NCBI RefSeq assembly: GCF_964355755.1
Contig: NC_092671.1
Span: 11,966,001 to 12,030,000 of the forward strand
DNA from: Antedon mediterranea
Lineage: Eukaryota; Animalia; Echinodermata
Direction of reading: 5' to 3'
Length of the DNA: 64,000 bases
The notes beneath the pieces were generated by a model. The model was not told the DNA's origin and did not search any database. It saw nothing but the letters and a program-made list of their open reading frames with translations. Position 1 is the first letter of the stretch; every line of letters starts with the position of its first letter. Of this stretch, positions 1 through 13,000 are shown piece after piece. Made by a program: the position numbers and the translations under genes.

Positions 1-268
1 AGTTTTCTTCCATATTTACAATTCTTCCTATGTGACTGATGTGCATCAAACAAACCAGTAATTTAAATAAAACAGAAGATTTATGTATCAGATGAAGATA
101 ATAGTCATAAATGTGGTTTTAAGCATTTTGGGTCTACACTGATAATAACACAAAAATATAACCAATTTATTTTAGTTTAGGCTATTGGATTCTTTTGGAT
201 TTTAGCTGCTGCCTGGTGGCCAGCATAAATAATATGTGAACAATGTTTTAAAGACTTGTTTTAATTGT

Positions 269-1079
269 TCAGAAATGGTCCACCATCACAGAAACAGTTT
301 TGGTACCAACAACCGTTTTCTGTGCTCTTTGCTCATCCTCATCAATCTTCAAGTTTTTCCATTTAGCTGGTTGACCTAAAAGAAAATGTAAATTGAATAA
401 TCCATTTAAATGATGACGAGGCTGTCAGAATAGTAATACTATTGGTATTGGTGGATGTGTAAGAACTTAAGAAAAAGTCTGAATCTACCAAAGTTTGTTG
501 AGATAATAAAAGTTCATACCTGCTGGAGTATCACTTGACTTTAGGTTAAATGACCAACCATCCGGTGTCATTGATGTCTGATGAGGTAATCTCAGTTCCA
601 CTGGTACGTTAAACTTTAAGTTATGAGGTCCGCACATGACCAATGGACTCAACAGTGTTTCACCTGAATAAAATAAATGTAAAGGTAATATTTATGATTT
701 AGACTGATATTGTCGATGTCCTTAGTCCATATATCAAAAACTAATATGGTAGTGATATGCCCAAATATGGTACTGATTGTGTCCATATTTTCAATAGTGT
801 AGACAGAGCTTAACTCAATGGTAATAGAACCTACAAAAAATAGCTTAAGTACAGTAAAACAATCGCTCACCTTTATAGCTATCCAGTGGGGGTAGCATAC
901 TCTGATCTCGGCAAACTTTAAAATAAATCTCCTGTTTTACACCATAAGGTAGAGCTCCTTCTGGAATCACAATACTAACACCGGTCTCTTCCGATGTCAA
1001 TGTACCTCCCCTGTGATCAAAAAATCCTCTAGCGGTAGCTAATACCGTCTGTCCATCCATCTGGTCTGCATGTGTGTCT
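269..1079 (-). CDS. TJP1: ZO-1 ZU5 domain and C-terminal exons (871-1079, 520-663, 269-375)
   Basis: [33 protein letters not shown]...[28 protein letters not shown]...VSVMVDHF*; an AATAAA lies on the minus strand at 166-171. Confidence 0.93.
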
Positions 1080-4000
1080 CTATACAATGAGGAAGATTCT
1101 TGGATTGGAATAAATTATACAGAAAGATATCTATGGTTTATGCAAGTCACTAAAATACTGCATTATTGTAGTTATCGCTAGGTTGGTGGTTAACTTTACT
1201 TGCCAACCAATCTCAGGATGTTTAGTTCAATTCTGGCTTTAAAAAGTATTGTAACTGCATTATTTTGGTTTTGATTCCACAGGTATCTTATATATACCTG
1301 TAATAACATTGTTTGCTGCAGTAAATTAGCTTCTTCGGCAGGGAAATTATCATTATCATCATTATCAATCTACCACTTATGCTTGGTTCCCAATAGGAAA
1401 AGACGTAACCAGTTTGACCAATGACAAGCGGTTGATTATTTGAACTACCTATTGTGTGTCATTTGTCAAATCACTTAAGTCCTTGCGCTGCATTCTAGTG
1501 GGAACCAAGCTTTAATGTTACACTGATACATTAATTCACAGATCTAGTGAATTATGTGGTCAACTAACCAGCAGTACTCTATTTAATCAAATTAACTTTA
1601 CACTTATGTTATATGTAGGAATGTTTTATATTGTATTATATGTAATTCATTATTTACACATGCAAAATTGTTATATTAATTAGGAAACATTAATTGTCTT
1701 AGTTTACCATCTTTACACACATAACAACCTTTTATACATTATAACAATTCATTTGAATGATTATAGAGTAAAATAAGGTTGTTCCAAGATTAATTAAACT
1801 AACATGAACAAATAAAGGTTTAAAAAAAATATTCCAAGGGAGATAAATAAATATGTAATGTATGAAATCAATTGAGTTACAAAATCTGAGGTAGGGTGGG
1901 GAATAGGAAAAGGAGACAGATATTGTGCAATAATATCAATTAAATAATATAAAAGAGTAAATTAAATGGGAAAGAAAAGATACTAAATAAAGTACAATAA
2001 AAACAATTTTATATGTAATAAAAAAAAACACACAGTAGTTTTTGTCTTTTACAATAAAATAAAATTTGAATGAATTTGCAATTATAAAGTAGGCTAGTAT
2101 TTGTACAAATCATGAGTTATTATTGCTGCTAATTTTCTCATCTTTACAAATTTACATTTCTAGACAAGACACATTTTACTTATTCTTACATAACAGCCCA
2201 AGCAAAGAACACAATAATTATACAATGCATACATTTTTTTAAAGTAGCGTTTATATTGTATCACTCACTGATGATTGTATAGTCTTTTTGAGCTACAAAC
2301 ATGGACAGGGCCATACGGTCTATATAATCAGTAGGGTGTAACAAACATCAATGTTTGTCACACTATACTGCTTGATGTATGAAGCAATATTGTATAATTG
2401 AAGAGATTCTAGTGTAAAGATAGACAATAGGCTGAACAATGTCATCTGGTTGATGATGTGACAAGAACAATAGCACTTCTTCTTTGGTAACCAACAAGCT
2501 TCTCAGGAAGTTGATTTTAAAAACATCCATTAATAAATAAGTTTATCTCTTTTACTTTTGGGTTTTCAAAAAGGAAATTTTATGTGAGAATAATGATAGT
2601 TTGTTAAAATGTATGTATGCAAACTCTGGAGAGGCAAAGAAAAAAAAGACAAGCCTCAAATTCTATTATAAATTTTATTGACAATTCCAAAAATCACAAC
2701 CCTTTTACTACTACATCTACTGTACAATCATTCATTTATGAAATTTGTACCCTACTTACAGTTTATAAATCAATAAGAATGCTTAATTTTTTCGTATTAC
2801 GCATCTAAATTTACGATTTCTTAATTAGTAAAACTGCGTATTTGTATACAAGATTAAAATCAATAATCAATAATAAAATCAAATCTTTACTATTCTCTCC
2901 AGAGTGTGCATTTTAGAAATATCATACCTATAAAAAGCATTCATTTGGAATGATATTTCTAATTGTAAATATGTAAAGTGTACTCAAAATGATAAATTGT
3001 CTTTTGCTTTTCATATTATGCCAATAGCTTTATGCACAGCGACTACAGATAACATTTATATTTAACATTAGTAGCAGAGATAGGCACAATTGTGAAAGAT
3101 GAAACATTACTTACGTGAAAAGCCTGATATGTAAGCAATATAGAAAGATAATAAGAGATAATAGTTTTGGTTGTCATTACGAAAAAACACAATGTTGTGT
3201 ATTTGAGTTTTCTATGCAGCATAATATAATTTGTATCAATTTTGGAAAGATAAGAGGCACACTTTACAACTACTGCACTGACTCGGGTATATCCCACAAT
3301 TAAAAATGAAATCAGTCAGTGGACTTTTAAAAGATGTAACAACAAATATGTCTACAATGCCAATGAAACATTTTGCATACAAAATGTGATAATCATGTAT
3401 TTCATGATGGATAGGATTATACCCAGAGTCAATACTAAATCTGAAGGGAAATAGAGAATAAGCTAATTCAATTTTTTTTTATCAAAATCACTTAATTATT
3501 GTTAATTACTAAGAAAATAATTAATATATACAATAGGTCTTTACTAATACATCATCTTAACATGAAGAAATATGTTGGTCTCCATGGTCTTAATAAACAA
3601 CAAAAACATTTACTTTATCATAATGCTTTAGTTTGTGTCAATTTGCTGAATGCTGAGATAATCAATATAAAAGTAATTAACTATTCCTATGCTTTTGCAA
3701 TAAAATTACTTCAAATCTGAACACTACAATGGAAAAATATCTATTTTTCAATTTCATCACATAATCAATTTCAAATGAGTAAAACAGTTTACCCATGCAT
3801 TTAATTTTCATCAAAAATATACATTACTCTAAGAAAAAATTCTGACTTTCATTTACCAGTTTTTTTTAAATATAAAATCACGTTATTTCATTTAGGAATT
3901 GGCACTTACTTACTTATTTCTTTTTTAATTTAAAGAATTTTTTCTCTACTGGTCAACTTAAAGCACCTAATCAAATACAAGAGGTCCGAGTTTTTTTATT

Positions 4001-7000
4001 GTTACTGTACAGTCACTCATTTTCAAAACATCCTAAATATCAACTCATAAATAAAACGGACTATACAGAAGAAAAAGTGTTATGTGTGCATATTTGATAT
4101 CGAATAAAAAAAGTGACTAATTTTGTGACTATAAATTTACTATGCGCCAAATATTACTTATATAATTAGGAACTTTGAAATATTTCCAAATAGAAAAATA
4201 TATTTATTAATAATATAGTAAAGTTAAGCTAGATAATCTCATTGTTATCAGTAAAAGAATATTTCATTAAAATAAGTTTAGTATATACACTAATTGTATC
4301 ATTTAATATGGTGAGGTCAGTGCAGAGAACAATTTTGTCAAATTTGATTGCTCTACAAATGGTAATCTTATGAATCCATGTCCACTAGGAGATAATGATA
4401 CTACTATATTATGGTGCATAGATAGTTTTATCATTAGAAAGTGCAGTGTAGAAAGAATATTCTATGATGCTCAAAAATGATTAACTGAATGAATATTGCT
4501 ATTCAACCAATGGAATCTATCACCAATGTCACATGATGATGATAATTATGAGAAACCACTTTGATGGAACTATTCACCAAATGAATGGATATGCGATATT
4601 ATTAACTGCATAATGTTTAGGACCAAATAAATATATGTGCTGTAAAAAGAATATAGCAAGGTATAGATTCATAGTTAAAAATATGAATGAAAAGAAAAAC
4701 AGAAATGGTGGAATAAAACTGGGATAAATTTAACAAAAATGGAAATGGGAACTAAAAAAAATGATAGGAATCCCACCCAAGATAAAAACATTACACACAC
4801 ACAAGGATAAAGCAGGGGAAATATGATGTGCCAATTACCCATTTTCAGCCTTATCCAAGTTGTCCTGGGAACCTTTTCCTTGAGGAGCTCTAGTTGTAAG
4901 AAGAAAGAGAATATATATTGAGTATTTATTGGTCATTTTGTTATACAATGACCATTATTAAATCAATCTATCATATACAGTGGAAAAGAAAAATATTACG
5001 CAGAGATTGAGGCATTATGTTTAAAACATAGTTAGGTAAGTTGTAAAATTGGTTAATAAAAGTAGAATATCAATTTCGATGGTCAATGAATTTGGTCAAT
5101 TTTTAAATATATCTAAGATACAATTTTTGTATGCTTTTAATACAAGACTATACAAAAATTGGTCCCTAAATAGAGGTTGCATGATGTAAAATTTCTACTG
5201 TATACCCATATATGGGCAATTGTGTTCATATAATGAGAATATAGATATTTAAAATGCTTAGAGAATAGAGAAAGTATTTTTTAATAGTAATACTATACTT
5301 TGCTTTGTAAGTACATTAGCAACATAGAAGGCAAAGAATCTTCCATTGTGTTATTATTATGTTTCACAACCAACCAACATTGTTTACAGCTTCAATACAG
5401 TTTAACCAAGAGGAAAATGAGAAATATTTACAAGTACTGTACCTGGTCAAATCATTTCCTAAATTAATATCATTTTTTTTTTCCTTAAAAATGTTACAGT
5501 CATTATTTCCAGTGTGTGTATATAGGTACAGGTAATAATTTTTAAAGTTAATATCAAGATGTTGTTAGTAGTAATATACATGTTGTTGTAAGTAATTTAA
5601 CATAAAATATAGAAAACGTTTAAAAATATTTAGTGAAAATGTTGTTTTGCAATTTCTTACTTTACAGATTTGAACGTATGTTCCGTTCTTAAGTCATTTG
5701 AGCGAGTACCCCATGCAGCCGGCGTGTACAAGCTACTCTTTAAATAACTGCTACCGGGAGACTGATCTCTTCCACGTGTTTGTTCACGGTACTCCTTGTA
5801 CGACTGTTTCTCGTAAGGTGCTTTTGTGTTCAAAACACGATTGAATCCTTCAAATCCTTCATTTTTAGGAGCACGGCCACGGTTAGACGAATCATGGCGA
5901 AATGGTCCTACAAGAAATAAACATTGTGATGTTATGATCATTTATTATGTTTATTATGTGTTTAAAACTTTTTAAATGTTAAACTTTCAATATCAAAGCC
6001 TAATTCAATCCTATAAATTAATTATGTTGAGTTCAATAAATTAATTTTCATGCAGCATTTGGTAAAAGGCAAAAACATATAAATAATTTTCAAATTCAAA
6101 TATCTAAATAATTTAATCATATGGTCAGTTTGAAAATAATAGTATAACAACTATTTTTCTAACATTTAAAAACAAATAATTTTTTACTTATTTAGCATTA
6201 ATAAATAAATTACAAAATTGAATTACTGCACATGCATTTTAGGAGTAAACAAAATATTGCAAACAAATTTTTAAATAAACACTACATAATTGGTAAACTG
6301 TTAACATAGTTTAAAAGCAAGAATGTAAAGATTAACAGCAAAGACAGAAAAAAAAAAAGTATTTCATGATTACTTACCATCTGTAGCAAAAAATAAAGAA
6401 ACCCACAAAATCAAATTAACAATTTTAAAAAGAAATTTCAGAACAGTGAAGTATTAAGGGGTATTGGAATGCTATAAACATCTTAGGCTAATAGTTCATG
6501 AATTCAACCCAAACAGCCAAAGAAAAAACATGAAAGCCTGTTCTGATGATATCTGACAATTTTGTAGGAAAATCTTTCCTAAATTTGTATACAATAAATT
6601 GGAATAAACAGGAAAAAATGGACTAACCTTCTTGAAGTCTATGATAAGAATTAATACGATGATCATTTTCCCGGTTGAATGTGATGCCAGGGTTCACCGG
6701 TTCCATTTTTGGGTCATAGTACGGACTTGCTGGGTCAGGTTTGCTGCTGCCATACTTGTTATTATTATCGCTGTTATACGATGAACCATTCACTCCATTG
6801 TATCTAGGTTCATCAGCATCAAATGTTGTCTCTGCTGGCGTTGCAGTCACATACGAATCAAGGTCTGTTTCTTTGGCAGGTTGCCAGTATGATGATCTTT
6901 CCTCGGTCGCATTTGTTGGTTGGATGTAGTCATCTTCAACACCAAAGGTTGTCTCCATGGCATGTTGGGGTTGACTGAAATTGGTGTGAACCGCTTGAGA

Positions 7001-10000
7001 TTTTGATGGGTGCACAACAGCCTCTACCTTGACCAACTCTGGCATATCTCTTGAATCATTAACCTTAGTTGGTCGTGGCTTTACCTCTGGCTTTGAGTAG
7101 TCCATTAAGGTACTGCTGGTGAACTGTGTTGGGTCATACCTTGGTTTTGGTGCAGGTTTTGGTGGAAGGCTGTAACTTGTGGTAACCGGTGATTCTACAG
7201 GAGGTTCAGGAAGGTCAACATTTACTTCAAAAGTTCTTGCATTTGATGACGGAGATGAGTATGACTGATGCATATAATTTTGTGTAATTGGTGAAGGCTC
7301 CATGATGACTGGTTCATCAAAGGATGGTGCTAACTTTGTCATTTTGATTTCTGCATCTTTTCGTCTTTCCTCCTGTTGTCTCTCAATTTCTCTGATGAGT
7401 TCTCTTTCCCGCTCTCGTTCTTTTTCCAACTGTTCACGTTTCTTTTTATTTTGAAGGTCTCTTTCTTGGCGTTCTCGCTCTCGACGTTCGATTTCCTCTC
7501 TCTCCCATCGCTCTTGTTCTTCCTCACGTTCTCTTTCTTCCCTGTCGCGTTCCTCTTTTCTCCTTCTGGATTCTGGTCGTCTTCTGTTTGGTGACGGTTT
7601 GTTTTGGGGTACATATCCTGTACTGCCATCACTCATATCACCACCATACTCTTCATCAGTGTCTGGATTATATGACTTGGGTTTTTTGGATCTTTGTTCT
7701 CTTGGAGAATGATAATCCTGAAAAAAAAATATTGTTGATATAGAAACAGTATGTTTAAACTCTCAATTTAAATGTTAATCGAGAAATATTGTTTATCTAA
7801 AATGAAATACCACTAACATCTGATTTATAATATGAGAAATTGATACCATGACATCTCACAAGATCTGAAAGACGGTGGAAATTAATGGATCAGAATTACT
7901 GTACATACACGGTAACTTACGTCTGTAAACGAGTTAGGCAGAGTGTAATCATTCGACGGTCTGTAACTGTCTCGTGCAAACTTGGGTGAGGGTTTTTCTG
8001 CCTCATAGTCAGAATCGACGTACGTTGACTCTGCCCCGCTAAATGCAGATTCAGCATCGCTCTCGTAATCACTGGGTAATGTGAGCTCTCCAACAACTGG
8101 TAGTTCTGGTTCTTGATCCTCTTTAGGCGTCTAAAAAAAAAACCAATATACAAAATTAATTTTTGCCCATTAACCATCATAAGTTTGTAAATTACAAACA
8201 GAATAAAGCATTCATTTAAAGTATGTACTTTAAATGTATGTATAAAATATTGATATTGATTTCTTTATTGCTTCTTTTTCAAAATATGCTACCTATAAAA
8301 ACATATTTTTGAATCGGTCATTATGATCATTATTAATAATGCCTTTTAATATTATATATAAAATATATATAAGAAATGTTTCAAAAATAAAATAATTACG
8401 GCATCAAAATATAAAGTAATAAATAAAATTGTACATACACTGACATCAGAAACCCAGATTGGTTTATTCTGTTCCTTCTGGATTGCATCCCGTGTAAGTG
8501 AAAACCATGGCACATCAGGACCAAGACGAACAGTTGCTAAAAGTTAAAACAAATTGGGTTTAGTACTGGACTTTAAGAATCCTCTATTTTAGCTAAGATT
8601 CTAAAGTAAAATTTACAGAACTTACCACTGAAAATATGCACAAACACCTTATTGAGGTTCTTCGCAGTTTGTGTCAATTTACGTGACCCACGGTTCTGTT
8701 CTGGTTCGAGATGTTTGCTACGTAACTGTTTGACTGTAGTGCGGTTATCAGGTCTTAGGAAAACTACAATCGGATAGAACTGGGCGAAATTGAGCCGTTC
8801 TACAGCATTTGGAGTGATGTCAAGAATACAGTGCTTGCCCTGGATAATGAAACCCAAAGTTATTAACATTTTTGATCAACATGTTCACTATATATCGGCT
8901 TTGGTAAAAGGCGGCAATCTTATAAAGTATTCTAAAATTCCCCACGTAACACCAACAGAACCCAGTGGACAATTTTCTCATTAACTAATTTCTTTCAATT
9001 ATTTTGAATTTGAACATATTGTTTACTATACTGTGGTAGTAACCTTTTGTAATGGCATTAATACTAAAACCACACACAGGTAGGCTTTAATTTAGATCAT
9101 CAACAATTACCTAAGAGAGTTCAATTGAGTTTAAGAAGGCAAGGATTAAACACACTATTGCCTGTGGCATACCTTGTATCATTATAAATCTTATTCATAG
9201 TAATTTGTGGCACTTGTGGTTTTTAATTCCTGTATACATTGTAGCTTACACTATTGTGAATTGTGGCCACTATTGTCAAGTTCCATTGTTTAACCAAAAA
9301 CAGTAGACCAAATTGATTGTATCTTATTTTAAAGATAAATAAACTACTTACCTTGCCCATAATTTCTCTGATAGCATGCACTTTAATAGTTCCCTGAGCT
9401 TCGCTTTCCTCTCCTTGATTATCTACAGAATATTTAAAAGAAATAATATAATTCATTTCTATACAATATACAAATTTGTATACACAACAAGGATTCTAAA
9501 ACATGCCAGTTTTAGAATCCTTTCTCTTGGGCCTATCATTATTTCACCAAATTTTAAAGCATAATAAAAATAATTCTGGTTAAAACTAATTTGCTAAAAT
9601 GGAAACCAAAATTTTTAAGCTAGTCTAGGTATATTTTCACTGTAAATGTAAAACGTTTTCCCTTTAAAGCATACAATAGCATTTGCAAACTATTGCACAC
9701 ATAACTTTCTGGGACACGCCCTGTAAATGCTTACAGTAAAAAACACACATTCCAGAAAATTCTCTATGAACACATAAAAGCACACATTACATAACAGGCT
9801 CTGTGAACACTCAATTATTTAACTATACCTTTTTGTATTTATCAGTGAAATCCCAACAATAACATCGCCTATTAATATTATGAATGTGATAAGCAAATAC
9901 TAAAGAAAAACATTCCCAAACACACTTAATGTAATAATCTGGTGGATAATGTAAAAAAATACTCAACATGATCATAAAAATAAACTAAAAATGAAATATG

Positions 10001-13000
10001 AGTATGTTGATATAATAATATAAACTTAAACCCAAATAAATTCTGCAATTAATAAACAAAATTAAAACATATATAATATTATAGTAACATTCAGATGATG
10101 TGAAACACACATGCATCGATTAACATGATCACAGCGTTAGAGTGACGTTCACATCAATTTTGTTTTAAAAGTTTAAAACAATGAATTAGTTAATTTTAAT
10201 TTTTTTTGCTACATAAATGAATTGGTCAAATTTGATTGACAAATCATTTAGTATAACGAAAAGAGAGAGAAACTCTGAACCGCACCTAATAAATTGGGCG
10301 TTTACAGAAAAAATCTGTGTGTGAACAAAGTTTGTTTAAGCCATAAATCAAACTTGGGACGTTGTGCTTGATATGCAAGCCTACAATTAAACCAAATCAG
10401 ATTTTAAAGATGTATTGTCCCTTTGACAAATTAAAAAAAAAAATTAAAAAAAAAGATTTCGAAAAAAAGTGGGTCATTTTAAAGTATCATAATAGAAAAA
10501 ATTATTCCAAAAAAAAATCATTTAACTGAAATACAGACGTTTTTTTGTTCAAAAAATAACTTTGACTTCCAGTCAAAGTTTTCGATCAAAACATGTCCCA
10601 TAATGGAACGCGCTTGTTTGGCTATTCTGTATGCATACTCATAAAACTTCCTCGCGATCTGTGTGAAAACACATATGCATAATGCATACTCGTGGTTTGA
10701 AATCTTTGTTTACTTTAGCTCGTGACGATTTTTCAGACGAAATGTAATCAAACTATTTTTACCTGTTAATTACGTAAACTTGTTGTTTTTGGCTCGAATT
10801 TTGGACTTAACGTGAACAACTTTAATATTACTTTGATATAGCCAATTTAAATTTAGAATATTTTGACCTTCATTTTTGTGTGTTCCAAGGGACAATACAT
10901 CTTTAACATAACATGTGGTCTTATGCCTGCATTTAAAGCAGAAGAGAGTTTTACAAAAATGTCCAGCTTTAAAAAATGTTTTCGTCTTTACACAAAAATG
11001 ATTAAATACACAATTAGTAATATTACATGCACTAGTTATGCAGGGATATATACAAAAGAAAAAATACATTGTGTGAAAATGTAGGGCTAACCATAAAGAG
11101 TAATATATAATATATATATACAAATCAATATAAAAATATAAAAAAAGTTAATGTAATGATTTTCAAATAATACATATTTTAGTCTAATTAACTGTGGTTA
11201 CCATATACACAGTGGTTTGATGTATAGGGAGTAAAACCAATGCAGATGGGGCTAGCAAGCTATAACATGAAGCTGGTTTTCATAACAAACTATCATTAAA
11301 ATATTATTAAGGTACCTTTCTTAGCTGGAGGGTGAATAACTTTCCAAGAAGGCAAATAAAAAAGAAATGTAATCAATTTTGACTATAAACATAAATTGCT
11401 TGGCATATAATGATGATATATAGAACATATTTAATATTACAAACAAAAACATTTCATTTCCAGATGTGGAATGAATTCAAATTCAATTCAAATTACAGTA
11501 TTTTATAACTATTGCTGTTACAGAGATATAACAAACAGTTTTTGTTACAGAAAATAATAAAAAGTGGAATACCATGAAGGGCTTCCCAGAAGGTAGTAGA
11601 TAAAAATCAGGACTAATAAAGGGAAACATATGAATGTAGTGCTCTATAGAATACTACATGTAGATAATATAATGGGCATTTATAGGATATAAAACAAGAT
11701 TTAATACTTACATGGAGATTCAAACTTCTCATCAAATTCAGCAAGCAGTTTCTCACGAGCAATATCAGCAAGAGGTCCGAACAATACGACAGGACGAACA
11801 AATTCGGCTACAAAGAATGAATGTAGTATAGAAGTAGTACATTGAAAATCATTAGATACAAATTTATTGTTGAGCAGCAATTCAATTGGTTTAGTTTATT
11901 TTGTATTGAAAGATATTTAAAAAAAAACATTTATTACAGAATTTTAATGAAAAATGTCTTATGTCATTTAAAAAAACTTGTACCAGATTAGGATTATAAC
12001 CAAAATAGGAATACAGGTATGTCTGCATTATGTGCAATCTGGCTTTATGTTTGTACAAGTAATGAATAAAAATACTTACGATCTTTAAGAACAACTCTTT
12101 CATATGGTGGGAATTTAGGTGGTGTTCCGCCTAGGAAAGAAATAGCATTGAATCTTTAAGTGACAAAAAGGGTATTGAAAAATAAAAGAGAATAAAGATT
12201 ACTTAATAAGATGTAGATGTAATGTTTTTATGTTGAACCAAACGTTTAAGAAGAATAAATGTACTTTTCTGACTCTAAATATGAACTCTCAGTTGTTGGT
12301 GCTTACCAAACACAACTTTGTCCCATTCATCTTTGATGAGATTCTTTGTACTTCTGAATGACTTCTGACGTCGCCTGAAGAAACTGCTACGTCCTCCACC
12401 GGTAGGCTGTGGTTTCATGTAGTAGTCTGGTGGCTGGGATGAGGCCAGCTGCTCAGCTCTGAAAATAATATTTAATCATTTCAGATGCAATGGTTAATAT
12501 TTGAGGCAATTGTTATTTAACAAGCTTCATTGCTAATAAGTAAGTTGCTAATAAAAATACATTTTTAGTTACATTTTGTGTAATTTCCTAGATTTTCACT
12601 GTAAAAAAAAAGTTGACTTACCGACTGTTGTTAGGAATGATACCGCGGGCCTCCTCACGTTCATCAACTCCAATCTTTAAGGCGTACCACCACCCCACCA
12701 TACCCTCGTACATCGTATCAATCACACGGAAGATGTTGTTTTTGAAAAAAGTGATCTGTTCTGCACCCTGACTTTCGTAGTTGAAATGTGTGCGTACATA
12801 GAAATCATCACCTTTACCAGATTTCATGACGTCATCACACACTGTAACAAAATTAACCAATAAGGCTTATGATCAAAATATGAAAAAGAAAAACAGAGAT
12901 TCACAACAAATGACAAGGAAATTTGGGTCCTTTGATTTTTATTATTAGTATTACTTTTTATAATCATGACATCATTCGATTGAAAATACAATTTTCATCA

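Noticed and set aside
1708-1710. Second AG-ATG-GT 3-nt microexon
   Set aside because: Poor pyrimidine tract, and in this phase-2 intron it would create TGA with the next exon; at most a poison exon, with no support.
11573-11612. 40-nt exon-like segment in a GuK intron
   Set aside because: Not frame-preserving and has a weak GTATTC donor; the alternative 9-nt version needs a weak GAAG acceptor.
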